Below are positions 1 to 10,697 of a stretch of DNA of 64,000 nucleotides, one piece after another (position 1 is the stretch's first letter; every line of letters begins with the position of its first letter). The notes below the pieces were generated by a model that saw nothing but the letters and a program-made list of their open reading frames with translations, did no database searches and was not told where the DNA came from. The position numbers and the translations under genes are program-made. Source of the DNA: a phage; sequence record PV874203.1. One strand, written 5' to 3'.

Positions 1-1
1 A

Positions 2-2098
2 CAGGCCGGGGCTATTGACCTCACTGGAAAGTATTTACAGAAAACCGATGCGGCTGCTACATATCAGACTAAAGTGGAAGGTGCGTCTAAAGATTTTGTA
101 TTGGATTCAATCCAACCTATAATGTCTGGAGCTTTATTCAGGGAAGACCCTTGGGTTGTTAATGATACCCCATTCCGCTCTACTGGAGCTAACGGTGTAG
201 AATCAGTTGATATGATGAAGGTTACTCCCGATAACTCAATTAAGATTGGCAGTTATGCTTCTTCTGTTCAGGGAGTAGAGATTCACTCTGCTGGACGTCT
301 TCAGGTAGTAGACCAGAATGACTCTGGGGTAGAAACTAAATATCCAGTATATTCTAAACGCTATCGCCCTGAGATTGAAGATTTGCCTTTTGCTGCAATC
401 GGTTCTTATGTCAAAGATTCTAAGGGTCGTACTGTTGGGGTTACTCGTACAGGGATTAACTCTGATATCAAGCAGCTTACTCAGAAGGTGACTTTCACTC
501 AACCAGTTACCGTTCCTGATGCTGTTGGAGATTATGATGCAGTTACTTTGAGACAGCTTCGTAATAGTGGTGGTGGTTCTGGTGGTCCTACCATGAGCGG
601 TATCTCTAACTTCGGTATTGGTGATTTCCATCTTCGTGATAGTCGTGCTTTTATCCCAGCTTTTGAAGTTTTTTCTGATGGTCAGCTTTTAAATCGTGCT
701 GATTATCCCGACCTGTGGGCTTATGCTCAATTATTAACCCCTATTAGTGATTCTCTTTGGCTAGAAGACCCTTACCAAAGAGGTAGATACTCTACAGGTG
801 ATGGTTCTACTACTTTCCGTGTTCCAGACCGAAACGGTATCCAGCCTAATTCCCTTCCGGCTCTTTATGGACGAGGTGATGGTGGTGCTTCCGCAGCTAA
901 TGGTCAAGTATTTGATTCTGCGGCCCCTGACATTATTGGCTCTGTTGCAGCATATTCTGCTGGAACTTATGCCCAGCTTTTTGGAGCAGCTACTAATGCA
1001 TTTGAATCTAGCAATGCCCTCTTTCCTCAAGGTACAGGGGATACAATACCTCCGGGGTCTGGGCCAGTCGATGGTCGATATAACACTGTTGAGTTTAAGG
1101 CTTCCAGATATAATGGAGTTTATGGTCGTAGTAACACAGAAATCATGGGTCGTAACTTTGTTGGTGTTTGGACTATCCGTGCTCATGGTGGTTTTGTAGC
1201 AGCTAATACTTCTTGGTCTGTTATTAACCAAGATAGTGCTGCTCCCTCTGTAGGAACTACAGTGGTTGGTGGTAAGGTTGAATCTAAGTATATCAACCCA
1301 TCCAGTCAACAGTTTGCTCGTCTATATTCAACATCTTCTTGGGGAAGTGCTTGCTCTGCCGTGATTGAAGCACAAGGTGCAAGTACTCACGCTTATAAGT
1401 TTTATGAGGATGGCACTGTTGATTTTAGGCAGTCTGGTAAGACAAATCCATTCCGCATGTACACACCAACTGGAACTTGGACTGGACTGACGGATGCGGG
1501 GCCAAACAATTTAACCACCAATGGAATGGATAGGGTGGCGATTTCTAGTGGCTCTGACACAGTGGTGCGTGGGTACTCTATTGGAGGATCTAGACCTAAT
1601 GGTTATCCAACCAAGATTGGGTATCATATGTATTTGCCGGGAGTTAACGCCTTCGGTGTCGCCTGTACAACTATTGGAGGAGACAGCGGAAAGTTCTGTC
1701 GATATTTTTACGACATAGATGGGCAGATGTATGGCTCAACTGATTATGGAAACTTTAGCTATACAAAGAGTGGTGTCTCGGATGAAAACCTGAAACATAA
1801 CATTGTTGATATTGATGCAGAAAGAGCTATTGAAGTAATAAAAGGACTGAAGTTCAAATCCTTTGTTTACAACGATGATGAGAAGAATCGATCTCGTCGT
1901 GGTATCATTGCACAGCAGGCAGAGACGGTAGAACCTCTGTATGTCAAGACTCGCAAATACCCAGGAATGGAGAAAGGCTCTCCAGAAATTGAGCAGAAAG
2001 AGCTAGACACTACTCCAATGCTCCTTGACACTATGCAAGTAGTTCAAGACCTTCTGAAGCGTATTGAAGTTTTGGAATCGAAGTTAGCAGAGAAGTAA
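2..2098 (+). CDS. tail fibre / tailspike protein with C-terminal intramolecular-chaperone (peptidase S74-like) domain; 5' end probably outside window
   Basis: Frame is open from window position 2 (track start 74 is an internal GTG). C-terminus ...SDENLKHNIVDIDAERAIEVIKGLKFKSFVYNDD... resembles the auto-cleaving chaperone domain of phage fibres; hairpin terminator follows. Confidence 0.6.
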   Translation, partial: QAGAIDLTGKYLQKTDAAATYQTKVEGASKDFVLDSIQPIMSGALFREDPWVVNDTPFRSTGANGVESVDMMKVTPDNSIKIGSYASSVQGVEIHSAGRLQVVDQNDSGVETKYPVYSKRYRPEIEDLPFAAIGSYVKDSKGRTVGVTRTGINSDIKQLTQKVTFTQPVTVPDAVGDYDAVTLRQLRNSGGGSGGPTMSGISNFGIGDFHLRDSRAFIPAFEVFSDGQLLNRADYPDLWAYAQLLTPISDSLWLEDPYQRGRYSTGDGSTTFRVPDRNGIQPNSLPALYGRGDGGASAANGQVFDSAAPDIIGSVAAYSAGTYAQLFGAATNAFESSNALFPQGTGDTIPPGSGPVDGRYNTVEFKASRYNGVYGRSNTEIMGRNFVGVWTIRAHGGFVAANTSWSVINQDSAAPSVGTTVVGGKVESKYINPSSQQFARLYSTSSWGSACSAVIEAQGASTHAYKFYEDGTVDFRQSGKTNPFRMYTPTGTWTGLTDAGPNNLTTNGMDRVAISSGSDTVVRGYSIGGSRPNGYPTKIGYHMYLPGVNAFGVACTTIGGDSGKFCRYFYDIDGQMYGSTDYGNFSYTKSGVSDENLKHNIVDIDAERAIEVIKGLKFKSFVYNDDEKNRSRRGIIAQQAETVEPLYVKTRKYPGMEKGSPEIEQKELDTTPMLLDTMQVVQDLLKRIEVLESKLAEK

Positions 2099-2102
2099 GA
2101 TA

Positions 2103-2120
2103 AGCCCCTTCGGGGGCTTT
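2103..2120 (+). terminator. rho-independent terminator
   Basis: AGCCCC-TTCG-GGGGCT hairpin followed by TT(T) directly after the tail-fibre stop. Confidence 0.6.
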
Positions 2121-2190
2121 AGTAGTAAGTACCCTTAGTAAGTAATGAAACTAATATATCCCAAGAGGTTAATATATAGGAGACACTCAA

Positions 2191-2409
2191 ATGAAAATGA
2201 TGAAACAAGCTGCATATGGTTTAATATGTTTAGGCGCAGGTGTTGTGGTATCCACCGCAGTTCCTGTAGGCGCAGTTCATCCATTAGTAACTGTCCCTGC
2301 TCCAGTAGAGAAGCTCAGCTCTCAATGTAAGCAGAGAACAATTCAAAATAACTTAGTTGTTATTTGCCCTGATGCTGAATCTAACGCTCTGAGAAAGATA
2401 CTACCTTAA
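2191..2409 (+). CDS. small membrane or secreted protein (holin candidate by position)
   Basis: 72 aa with one hydrophobic stretch (AAYGLICLGAGVVVSTAVPVGAV); immediately upstream of the lysozyme gene. Confidence 0.35.
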   Translation: MKMMKQAAYGLICLGAGVVVSTAVPVGAVHPLVTVPAPVEKLSSQCKQRTIQNNLVVICPDAESNALRKILP

Positions 2410-2438
2410 TTTAAAGGGACTACAAAAGGAGGTTAGAA

Positions 2439-2930
2439 ATGGATAACGTCGCATTGCCACCTGTACAACTAAACTTAAGCCCAGCTGGAATGGAATTCAT
2501 CATGAAGCATGAGGGTATGAGAACCAAGGCTTATAAAGATTCCGCAGGTATCTGGACTATATGTGTAGGGGCTACGCGCGATATGAATGGTTATCCGGTT
2601 AGACAAGGATTAACGTATTCTATAGAGGATTGTCTAGCTCTGCTAGATAGAGACACACAAGACTCTGTTCGTGCTACTCAGAAGAACATAAAGGTTCCTT
2701 TACTAGTTCATGAGTTTGATGCACTCACTTCTTTCAACTTCAATGTTGGCAGTGGTGCTTTGAGCGCATCTAAGTTAAGGAAGGTTATCAATGGAGATGT
2801 TAAGGGGGATGTTTATTCCGAATTTCTTCGTTGGGATAAAATAACGGTCAGGGGAGAAAAGCAGAGAAGTCAGGGTCTTCATAACAGAAGGGTTGCAGAA
2901 GCTGATCTTTACACTGAAGGTAAATATTAA
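2439..2930 (+). CDS. endolysin, GH24 (T4/lambda-type) lysozyme
   Basis: MEFIMKHEGMRTKAYKDSAGIWTICVGAT and QGLHNRRVAEADLY match GH24 lysozyme hallmarks; AAGGAGG RBS upstream. Confidence 0.85.
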   Translation: MDNVALPPVQLNLSPAGMEFIMKHEGMRTKAYKDSAGIWTICVGATRDMNGYPVRQGLTYSIEDCLALLDRDTQDSVRATQKNIKVPLLVHEFDALTSFNFNVGSGALSASKLRKVINGDVKGDVYSEFLRWDKITVRGEKQRSQGLHNRRVAEADLYTEGKY

Positions 2931-2942
2931 TGGAGGTGCCTT

Positions 2943-3746
2943 TTGGCTATCGAAACTAATGCGGTAGTTGTTACCGACTTAAACCCGCTCTATCCTAGAG
3001 ACAGGGATTACATCTACGAAGGGGCGGCTCAAATCCGCCTCATTAAACAAACACTACAGAACACATTCCCCAATGTCACAGAACCAGTTGATATTGATTC
3101 TGACACTTTTAAGATTATGTCAGAGAAGCTCAAGTTTACTGGTGATGCAATGGATGTTGGTGGTCTGATGATTAAGAACGTCACTCCGGGGACTGGTGAC
3201 AAAGATGTTGTTACTAAAGGTCAGATGGAAGCGTTCATGAAGAACTGGATGGAGAATAAGCTCTATCGAAAGGGCTCTTACTACATCACTGAAGAAGATA
3301 TTAACCCCGGTGACTCTATCTCCCTAGGATTTGGCTCTTGGGCTAAAGTGACTGGTGTTATCATGGGTACTGGTGTTGTAAACCCTGATGGCTCTGTTCC
3401 TAATGCTCAGAGAGTCGAGTTCCAAGCAGGTGGCACAGGCGGTCGTGTCTTCAATACCATTCGTACAGAGAACGTACCTTTGATGACAGTTAATGGCTCC
3501 AGCTTCTCCTTATCCAGTAACACCCACAGTCACAACATGGTGTTTGGTCGTGGGGATGCTAGCGGTCATAACAGCTCACCTAACTGGTATAGTCCGGGTG
3601 GTGGTTACAGTCAGAGAACAGATAATGATACTCACACTCATACAATCTCTGGTAGTGTAAGTCTTGGTCGTGATGATATTTCTCGTCAACCTATTAACAC
3701 TTTGCCACCATTCAGAGCGGCTCACATTTGGAGACGTATTAGCTAA
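2943..3746 (+). CDS. virion structural protein (tail-fibre associated), hypothetical
   Basis: 267-aa ORF with TTG start after GGAGG; Gly/Ser/Thr-rich, sits inside the tail module. Confidence 0.45.
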   Translation: MAIETNAVVVTDLNPLYPRDRDYIYEGAAQIRLIKQTLQNTFPNVTEPVDIDSDTFKIMSEKLKFTGDAMDVGGLMIKNVTPGTGDKDVVTKGQMEAFMKNWMENKLYRKGSYYITEEDINPGDSISLGFGSWAKVTGVIMGTGVVNPDGSVPNAQRVEFQAGGTGGRVFNTIRTENVPLMTVNGSSFSLSSNTHSHNMVFGRGDASGHNSSPNWYSPGGGYSQRTDNDTHTHTISGSVSLGRDDISRQPINTLPPFRAAHIWRRIS

Positions 3747-3755
3747 GGAGGAATT

Positions 3756-6700
3756 ATGGCGCTGTACCCAATAAAGTCATTAGGCGCTGTAGGCGTTATC
3801 GCTGATCAGGCTCCGACAGACTTAGCTCCTAATGCTTTCACTAATGCTATAAATGCTCGATTTGTTGAGCAGAGAGTATTTAAGACGGGGGGCAATGCCC
3901 CTCTTTCTTATGTAGATGAAGATAAGGATTTAACCCCTCTATCTTTCGTGTCTATGCCTTTCGATTATTATAGCGCAGGTAATAGCTTTCTTGTTGTAGG
4001 TACGGATAAGAAGTTATATAAACTGACAGATGAAAGCTTGACTGACATTAGCCGTAAGGTTGCTACAGTCACTAAAAAGGCTTCTGCCTCGATTAAGATT
4101 TATCCGGTTGTTTCTCAGATTGTTCCAAAAGAATCAACTATTTCAATGAACTTCAATCAGACTAAGAATCTAGAAGTTTCTCTTCTTCCTGCTGATGCTA
4201 ACAATACCGATCTTGTTTGGGAGGTTAGTAATTCAACTTATGGAAGTATTACAGTAGACCCTAGTGACTCTAAACTTGCTACTCTAACATCTTTTGAGAG
4301 AGAGGGTAACCTTGTAGTAACTATCTCTACTGCTGATGATTCTGTAGTGGCGCAGATAGCTATTAACATCATAGATGGTGATTCTGGAATCTTCTTGAGT
4401 CAAGACACTGTTACTATCCGTAAAGGAGGGACTACTACTCTTACAGCTGTTACTGGTAAAACCCCTGTAACTTGGTCCAGTAGCAATGCTTCTATTGTAT
4501 CTGTAACTCCTAATGCTAACTCCCTTACTGCTGTCATTACAACAAATGGAGAAGGTAATGTAACAATCACTGCTGATAACGGAACGAAGACTGCTTCTTG
4601 TGAGGTTGTTTCCATACCTCAGATTGACAGTATCACCTTAAGTCAGTCAGATGTGATAGTTAGTAGAGGTTCTCAATACATTCTAACTGCTACCCTTTCT
4701 CCTGCTAACGCCCCTAATCAAAACATTACTTGGACTTCTTCTAATCCAAATATTGCAACAGTATCAGGGACCAGTACACAAGGGACGGTCAACGCTCTAC
4801 TCGCTGGCTTTACCGAGATTACGGCTACCACTGAAGAAGGTAACAGAGTTGCTGTCTGTACTGTAAGAGTAGACTTAGCTGGAAGGGCTATGAGAACAAG
4901 TGCTATGGCATTTGCTGCACCTGCATCAGAACCAATTGAATCACAAGAGGAAGAAGTAGTAACTCCTCCTGAAAGTGAAGAGACGGTTTATTTTGCTGAG
5001 CCTACGTCTGGTATTGATACGTCAGGGATGTACGAAGGTAACAACTTCTATGATTATTCTAACGTAAACGATATTGAAGGTTTTGCAAGAGCTTCTTTGT
5101 TCGCAACCCCTTTATCATCCGTAACCTTAGATGTTGTCAGCGCTTCTCTCGATGTTGGTGAGGAAATAGTTATTACAGCTACAGCTTCTCCAGAAGGTGA
5201 TTATTCTTATCAGTGGTCTGTTGATAAGACTGGCTATGTTTCTACAACTTCAGTTACTGGTAAATCTATCAAACTGGTTGCTCTTCGTAAAGGAGAGATT
5301 AATGTAACATGTACTGTCAGCCAAATGACTCAGAAGGATTACGATGCTTTTGATGACTACCCTTGGTATCACGCTATTATTTCTAACTGTGCAGTTGCTA
5401 CAACTCACTATGAAACTCCTCAGGTAAAAGAATTCGAATCAGAATACTTTGTAGATCTTCCGGGATGGGGTGAGCAAACAGTTGTCGATAATGACGGGAA
5501 CCCTTCAGTCAAGAAGTTTAACTGGAAATGTGAAAGAGTGAGATCTTTTAACAACCGTCTTTTTGCTCTGAACATGAGAGAGGCTAATGCTTCTGGTGTT
5601 ACCACTAACTATCCGCTTCGTCTTCGTTGGTCTAACTTTGCCAATGAGAACAAGGCTCCTACACTGTGGGATGACTTTGCCTATGATCGAGTTGTGTCTT
5701 CGGACTTAGCTTCTAACATCGTAGGGCAGACTCAGGCTCTAGAGAATGGGTATGCTGGTTACATTGACTTAGCTGACTCTAATGGTAGCTTGATTGATAT
5801 CCTGCCTCTTAAAGATTACTTGTTCGTTTACACAGAGTTTGAAACGTATATTGGTTCTCCGACTAATAACACATACCAACCTCTGATGTTCAAGAAACTC
5901 TTTAACGACTCTGGTATCCTTGCTCCTGAGTGTGTGGTTGAAGTAGAAGGTAGTCACTTCGTAGTTACTCAGAACGATGTGATCTTACACAATGGTGCAA
6001 CCAAGAAGTCAATTGCATCTAACCGTGTTAAGAACATGCTGATTAATGAGGTGTGTCTGGTTAACCCTCTAGCAACTCGAGTACACTTGCATCAGGATAA
6101 GAAAGAAGTTTGGGTGCTCTATGTAGGTCCGGGAGAGCCGAAAGAAAGCTTCGCTTGTACTAAAGCTGCTGTATGGAACTACGAGTTTGATACTTGGTCC
6201 TTCCGTACTATTCCTTATGCTCAGTGTATCGGTCTGGTTGATCCTCCTGTTTTAGAAAGAGGTCCAATCTGGTCTGACTTCCAAGAAATCACTTGGGATG
6301 ACCCATCTATCAAAGAACTCGTTTGGAGAAAGGATGCAACAAACTTCAGACAGAGGGTTACGATAGTAGGTTCATTCTTGAGGGGATTCTACCAAGTGGA
6401 TGTAGGTGCTCTCGATTATTTCTATGACAGGTTAAATGATGTTGTTATAGAGAAGCCTCTGGAGATGAGGTTGGAGAGAACTGGTCTAGATTTTGATAAT
6501 GTGACAAATGAGTGGAATCAGAAGCATATTAACAGATTCCGTCCTCAGACAACCGGCTCAGGCACTTATACCTTTGAAGCTGGAGGTAGTCAATTCTCAA
6601 ATGAATATGGACACCCACACACATCTAAGACTTATACAATCGGTGTTGACAGGCATGTCTCGGTTAGACTGAACCATCCATACCTTTTCTATAATGTTAT

Positions 6701-6773
6701 AGATAATGATGTTAACAGTAATGCTGCTATCAATGGGTTAACGATAGAGTTTGCTGTTGGCGGACGGAGATAA
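3756..6773 (+). CDS. large virion protein with bacterial Ig-like (Big_2) domains
   Basis: 1005 aa; repeated Ig-like segments (e.g. VTPNANSLTAVITTNGEGNVTITADNGTKTASCEVVS); RBS AAGGAGG; terminator follows. Confidence 0.65.
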   Translation: MALYPIKSLGAVGVIADQAPTDLAPNAFTNAINARFVEQRVFKTGGNAPLSYVDEDKDLTPLSFVSMPFDYYSAGNSFLVVGTDKKLYKLTDESLTDISRKVATVTKKASASIKIYPVVSQIVPKESTISMNFNQTKNLEVSLLPADANNTDLVWEVSNSTYGSITVDPSDSKLATLTSFEREGNLVVTISTADDSVVAQIAINIIDGDSGIFLSQDTVTIRKGGTTTLTAVTGKTPVTWSSSNASIVSVTPNANSLTAVITTNGEGNVTITADNGTKTASCEVVSIPQIDSITLSQSDVIVSRGSQYILTATLSPANAPNQNITWTSSNPNIATVSGTSTQGTVNALLAGFTEITATTEEGNRVAVCTVRVDLAGRAMRTSAMAFAAPASEPIESQEEEVVTPPESEETVYFAEPTSGIDTSGMYEGNNFYDYSNVNDIEGFARASLFATPLSSVTLDVVSASLDVGEEIVITATASPEGDYSYQWSVDKTGYVSTTSVTGKSIKLVALRKGEINVTCTVSQMTQKDYDAFDDYPWYHAIISNCAVATTHYETPQVKEFESEYFVDLPGWGEQTVVDNDGNPSVKKFNWKCERVRSFNNRLFALNMREANASGVTTNYPLRLRWSNFANENKAPTLWDDFAYDRVVSSDLASNIVGQTQALENGYAGYIDLADSNGSLIDILPLKDYLFVYTEFETYIGSPTNNTYQPLMFKKLFNDSGILAPECVVEVEGSHFVVTQNDVILHNGATKKSIASNRVKNMLINEVCLVNPLATRVHLHQDKKEVWVLYVGPGEPKESFACTKAAVWNYEFDTWSFRTIPYAQCIGLVDPPVLERGPIWSDFQEITWDDPSIKELVWRKDATNFRQRVTIVGSFLRGFYQVDVGALDYFYDRLNDVVIEKPLEMRLERTGLDFDNVTNEWNQKHINRFRPQTTGSGTYTFEAGGSQFSNEYGHPHTSKTYTIGVDRHVSVRLNHPYLFYNVIDNDVNSNAAINGLTIEFAVGGRR

Positions 6774-6777
6774 CAAC

Positions 6778-6806
6778 AAGGGGCTTCGTGCCCCTTTTAT
6801 TGTTTT
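6778..6806 (+). terminator. rho-independent terminator
   Basis: AAGGGGC-TTCGT-GCCCCTT stem followed by TTTTATTGTTTT. Confidence 0.65.
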
Positions 6807-6816
6807 GGAGGAACTT

Positions 6817-7785
6817 ATGGGTGCAGGTGGTTTTCGTAAGAATACTGGTCGTAATAACACCACACTCCCGTACAACGTTGGGTTTCTCAATAATGTACAG
6901 GACACAGAAACATATAACGTAGCCGTATATGACGAGCTACAGAAAGTCAGCACAGCTACTAACCAAATGTTCCAAGCCATTGATGAGATTCACGATGAGA
7001 TTGATGTTCGTATCAAAGCTCTTCATGCGATGAATCTACAATTTGATGAGCTTGAGAACAGAATTACCACAGAGATTGAAACAGCTATCGCAGATATTAT
7101 AACACAGATGGGGAATCTCTCCACTGAAGATATTTGGGATAATTCTGTTCAACCTCCTGTAAAATTAGAAAGCACTGTATCTGGCTTTAAGACAAGTATT
7201 GAAGGTAACACAACTAAGATTCAAACGGTAGAAGGGATTGTTAACGACCAAGGTCAAGAGATTGCTTTAGTTCAGACAGAGATTCAAAATATCAATGGAA
7301 GCCTCTCTCAGTATATGAAGCTTTCTGAGTATGAAGCTACTTGGGGTGTTAACTCTACGGTCAACGGAAGATACGCTGGGGTCAAGTTAACTAACAACGG
7401 AACAAACAGTCAATTCCAAGTAACAGCTAATAAGTTTATTGTCGGTGATGGCAGCTCTGGTAATACCCCTTTTGTGTTTGAGGGTGGGAGAGCTAGGATG
7501 GAGTTCGCTGACATAAAGAACGTCAACATCACAACAGCTCAGATTGCCAATGCTAGAATCCAATGGGCACAGATTGATAACGTATCAATCTCCAACGCTC
7601 AGATTCAGAACTTGTCAGCGGATAAGATTACTGCTGGTTCTATGTGGGGTTCTAACTGGCGACTTACCGTTGGAGGTGATTTTGTTATGGGTGGTACAGG
7701 TGGGGCACAATTATGGATGAATGGAAACAGAATAGACTTCTACGATGGAAGTGGTGCTCTAAGAATTAGAATAGGGAGTTGGTAA
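6817..7785 (+). CDS. tail fibre protein
   Basis: Start moved to ATG after GGAGG (track start overlaps previous gene); repeats such as NITTAQIANARIQWAQIDNVSISNAQIQNLSADKITAG typical of phage fibres. Confidence 0.6.
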   Translation: MGAGGFRKNTGRNNTTLPYNVGFLNNVQDTETYNVAVYDELQKVSTATNQMFQAIDEIHDEIDVRIKALHAMNLQFDELENRITTEIETAIADIITQMGNLSTEDIWDNSVQPPVKLESTVSGFKTSIEGNTTKIQTVEGIVNDQGQEIALVQTEIQNINGSLSQYMKLSEYEATWGVNSTVNGRYAGVKLTNNGTNSQFQVTANKFIVGDGSSGNTPFVFEGGRARMEFADIKNVNITTAQIANARIQWAQIDNVSISNAQIQNLSADKITAGSMWGSNWRLTVGGDFVMGGTGGAQLWMNGNRIDFYDGSGALRIRIGSW

Positions 7786-7786
7786 T

Positions 7787-8818
7787 ATGGCATATGGAAT
7801 ATGGACACAACCAGTAGGGCCGGGGCCAGCAACCCCCGCTCCCTTGTTTATTGATAGCGGAAGTACTTTCCCTCAGTTCAAGAATAGCATAAGAGGGAGT
7901 TTTAACTTCAATGGAGCTGGGAGATCTTTCCCTATTAGTGGATGGGATGGTAGTGGTCAGATAGTTATTGTTCCCACTGGTTCTCTATGCTGGCAATGGG
8001 AAGTACCTCCTAACTTAGTCCCTGATGTTTATTGTGTAAATAACATCTATGTAGAAAATACCTCATCTTTTAGGGTGACTCTGAACCAGAATCCCGGCGG
8101 CAATCCTTTATTTGACTGTGGATTCAACGTCTACCAGATTTGGCCTAGAGCTGATAGAAACTATGGGATAACTTTCTCAAATACAGCAGACTACTTTTCC
8201 ATATCAGATGCTGGGGTTGTTGGTCAATGCATTTGGGCTTGGCAGGGGGTCATAAACAATGCCCTTCAGATACCAAATATCGGTGGGTTCAATATGACCA
8301 ATGCTGTTGTATTTGCTAATTGGTCTGATGGAGGACTTGGACTGTCTTATACCTCTGATGACAGAGTTATTCGTGTCTACCAGAACAGACCTTACGTAAA
8401 CGGCAACACTAATGAGGGTGGTTCTGTGTTTGCTAGAATTGCAGTATTCTGCAATGGGGCAGGTGTTCCGGAACACAATGGAGGTTTAAATATCTACTCT
8501 CCGGGAACCACTCAATGTGTATTTTCTACTAACAGAACACCTTTCACTGTGGATACTTTTATAGGCTCAGGAGGTGGTAACACTGGAATGGCGTACCCTA
8601 TGATACCTCTTACTTCTGGAATAGGTGCAATAAAAGGCCAAGGTAGTGGGTGGAGATACCAGCAAATGAGATCTCACACAATGAGTGGCTCTAGTATAGG
8701 AACTGGTTATGGAAGGTACTTATTTCAGTGGAATCAAAATTACGATCTAGGGGCTGACACTGTTGTTAACTTATCAGTTCCTGTAATAAACGCAGCTAAG
8801 GTTTTTGCTGGACTATAA
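7787..8818 (+). CDS. tail fibre / receptor-binding protein (distal part), hypothetical
   Basis: 343 aa, Gly/Asn/Ser-rich beta-type composition, coupled to the preceding fibre gene. Confidence 0.5.
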   Translation: MAYGIWTQPVGPGPATPAPLFIDSGSTFPQFKNSIRGSFNFNGAGRSFPISGWDGSGQIVIVPTGSLCWQWEVPPNLVPDVYCVNNIYVENTSSFRVTLNQNPGGNPLFDCGFNVYQIWPRADRNYGITFSNTADYFSISDAGVVGQCIWAWQGVINNALQIPNIGGFNMTNAVVFANWSDGGLGLSYTSDDRVIRVYQNRPYVNGNTNEGGSVFARIAVFCNGAGVPEHNGGLNIYSPGTTQCVFSTNRTPFTVDTFIGSGGGNTGMAYPMIPLTSGIGAIKGQGSGWRYQQMRSHTMSGSSIGTGYGRYLFQWNQNYDLGADTVVNLSVPVINAAKVFAGL

Positions 8819-8830
8819 CAAGGAGATATT

Positions 8831-9613
8831 ATGGCAATTAAAATGGGTATTGAAGAACTAGACCCAATGGTTCAACAGGCTTCAAAGAAGTATGGAATAC
8901 CAGCTGCTTTGATTCATGCTGTCATCCAAAGGGAGTCTAGTGGACGTCCTACAGTGGCTTCTGGAACTGGTCCTGTAGGTTTAATGCAGATCAGTAAAGG
9001 GTTGGCTAAAGATTATGGTTACAAACTAGAAGACAGACTTGACCCAGCAAAGAATATTGATATGGGTGCTCGCTATATCAGAGATAACCTGAAAGCTTTT
9101 AATGGTGATGTTAAGAAAGCAATGGTTGGTTATTCAGAAGGTATAGGTGGTGCTAAGCAGATGTTCGCTGGTAAGAAAGGGTTTACTCCTCAAGCTCTTG
9201 ACTCAATGAACAACAAGCACTTTCTCCCTTTCTATGGTGATGCAGCTTCTCAGATTGCTAACCCTGTTGGAGCTTTGCAAGCTGTTCAACCAGCTAACCA
9301 ATTTAGTCCGGATACTCTTGATAGGGAGAAGGCTGCACAAGCTCCCACTCAGGCAGAGATTGCTTCTTCTAAGACAGGTGCTTTAGGTGGTAATCCAGTA
9401 GAGTTTTACTCTGATGAAGTGCAGGAAGGTGAAGACCAGAAGCCTCAACAGAACTTTGGTAATGCAGTATTAGGAGTAGCTGCTATGCTTGCTGGTAAAC
9501 CTCCTACTTCTCAAACAGTTCAGAGAGTGAGTACACCTCATGCAGCAGGTTCTCAGTACAGCCCACAAACACAAGCAGTGCTTAGACGTCTGGCTAGCAT
9601 TGGTGTTAAGTAA
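8831..9613 (+). CDS. virion-associated lytic transglycosylase (SLT domain)
   Basis: AALIHAVIQRESSGRPTVASGTGPVGLMQIS matches the SLT catalytic motif (ES...GLMQ). Confidence 0.8.
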   Translation: MAIKMGIEELDPMVQQASKKYGIPAALIHAVIQRESSGRPTVASGTGPVGLMQISKGLAKDYGYKLEDRLDPAKNIDMGARYIRDNLKAFNGDVKKAMVGYSEGIGGAKQMFAGKKGFTPQALDSMNNKHFLPFYGDAASQIANPVGALQAVQPANQFSPDTLDREKAAQAPTQAEIASSKTGALGGNPVEFYSDEVQEGEDQKPQQNFGNAVLGVAAMLAGKPPTSQTVQRVSTPHAAGSQYSPQTQAVLRRLASIGVK

Positions 9614-9632
9614 TAGTCATTAAGGAGGACTT

Positions 9633-10685
9633 ATGTCTTTATTTGGAAAATCAGCTTCTAGCAAAACCACAGTGGCCCCTTCCTCTCAGGTTGATGCCCT
9701 GCTGAAGCAGATTGTTGCTAATGCTCAGAATATGCAGAACAACGATCCGGGATTCATCTCCCAACAGCTGGCTGGGTTTAATGGCAACCAACAAGGTGCT
9801 CTGAATAACTTAGCAGCTTCTACAACTCAAAAGCAATTGGCTGATATGTACACACCTCGTACACAGCAAGGTTTAGACCAACTCAACTCTCTTGCTCAAC
9901 AGTATCAGAATATTGTCAATGGTGGTGGAGTTACGGCTGAGGGTGTTAATAACTTTAGTAAAGGACTAAACAACTCAGCTCTTGCACAAGCTACTAGCAA
10001 AGCAGCTTCTAATGTTTCTCTTGGCAATGGCTATGACTCTGGCTCTCTTCGTAGAGCTGCTGCTCAGGGTGCTGCTTTGAATGGTGCTAACACCAACCTG
10101 TCTCGTACTATCAGTGGCAAGAATATGGGTGTAAGTGCTCTGCAACAAGATCAGAACTTCCAGAGAGGGTTACTTGGTGCTCAATCCGGTCTAGCCGGAC
10201 AGAACCTCAACCTAGGTGCTCAAGGTGTTCAGGCAACTCAACAGGCCATTCAGAATCAACTCATGGCTGGCAATCTGCAACAGCAACAAGCCCAAGCTCA
10301 GGCTGATATTAATTGGCAGAATGCTATCGGCTCTCAGCAGTATGGATGGAATCAGCTTAACAACCAGCTTAATGTACTAAATAGTGTAAGCCCAATGGCT
10401 GGGTACACGATTAAGAATGCTGCTCCGGGGGTTAATACTGGACAACAGCTCCTAGGTGCTGGTATCACTGGATTAGGTATTGCAGGTCGTATGGGTGCTT
10501 TCTCTCCTAATCAACAGACTCAGAATGCTTGGAGTTCCTATAACAACTCAGGTGGGCAGTCTGGTATGGCTGGTCCTATGATTGGAGGTTCTAATCTTTC
10601 TCAACAGAAAGGTCAGTCTAACTGGTTATCCACAACGGGTAATAATATCTTAGGTGGGGTCTTAGGGGCATTCGGAGCAAACTAA
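9633..10685 (+). CDS. Q/N/G-rich internal virion protein, hypothetical
   Basis: 350 aa, low complexity rich in Gln/Asn/Gly/Ala; good RBS (AAGGAGG). Confidence 0.55.
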   Translation: MSLFGKSASSKTTVAPSSQVDALLKQIVANAQNMQNNDPGFISQQLAGFNGNQQGALNNLAASTTQKQLADMYTPRTQQGLDQLNSLAQQYQNIVNGGGVTAEGVNNFSKGLNNSALAQATSKAASNVSLGNGYDSGSLRRAAAQGAALNGANTNLSRTISGKNMGVSALQQDQNFQRGLLGAQSGLAGQNLNLGAQGVQATQQAIQNQLMAGNLQQQQAQAQADINWQNAIGSQQYGWNQLNNQLNVLNSVSPMAGYTIKNAAPGVNTGQQLLGAGITGLGIAGRMGAFSPNQQTQNAWSSYNNSGGQSGMAGPMIGGSNLSQQKGQSNWLSTTGNNILGGVLGAFGAN

Positions 10686-10697
10686 AGGAGATTTAAT

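Noticed and set aside
236-1718. ORF-track entries 236..631(-), 761..1309(-), 798..1199(+), 1521..1718(+) inside the tail-fibre gene
   Set aside because: All lie within or antisense to the long tail-fibre reading frame, have Leu/Ser/Arg-rich or low-complexity translations typical of off-frame noise, and lack RBSs.
2145-2330. 61-aa ORF overlapping 2191..2409 in another frame
   Set aside because: Cys/Arg/Ser-rich translation and no RBS; the overlapping frame has a hydrophobic helix and sits better as a gene.
4400-6980. Minus-strand ORFs 4400..4615, 5420..5605, 5769..5957, 6738..6980 inside plus-strand structural genes
   Set aside because: Antisense to long, well-supported plus-strand genes; no start context.
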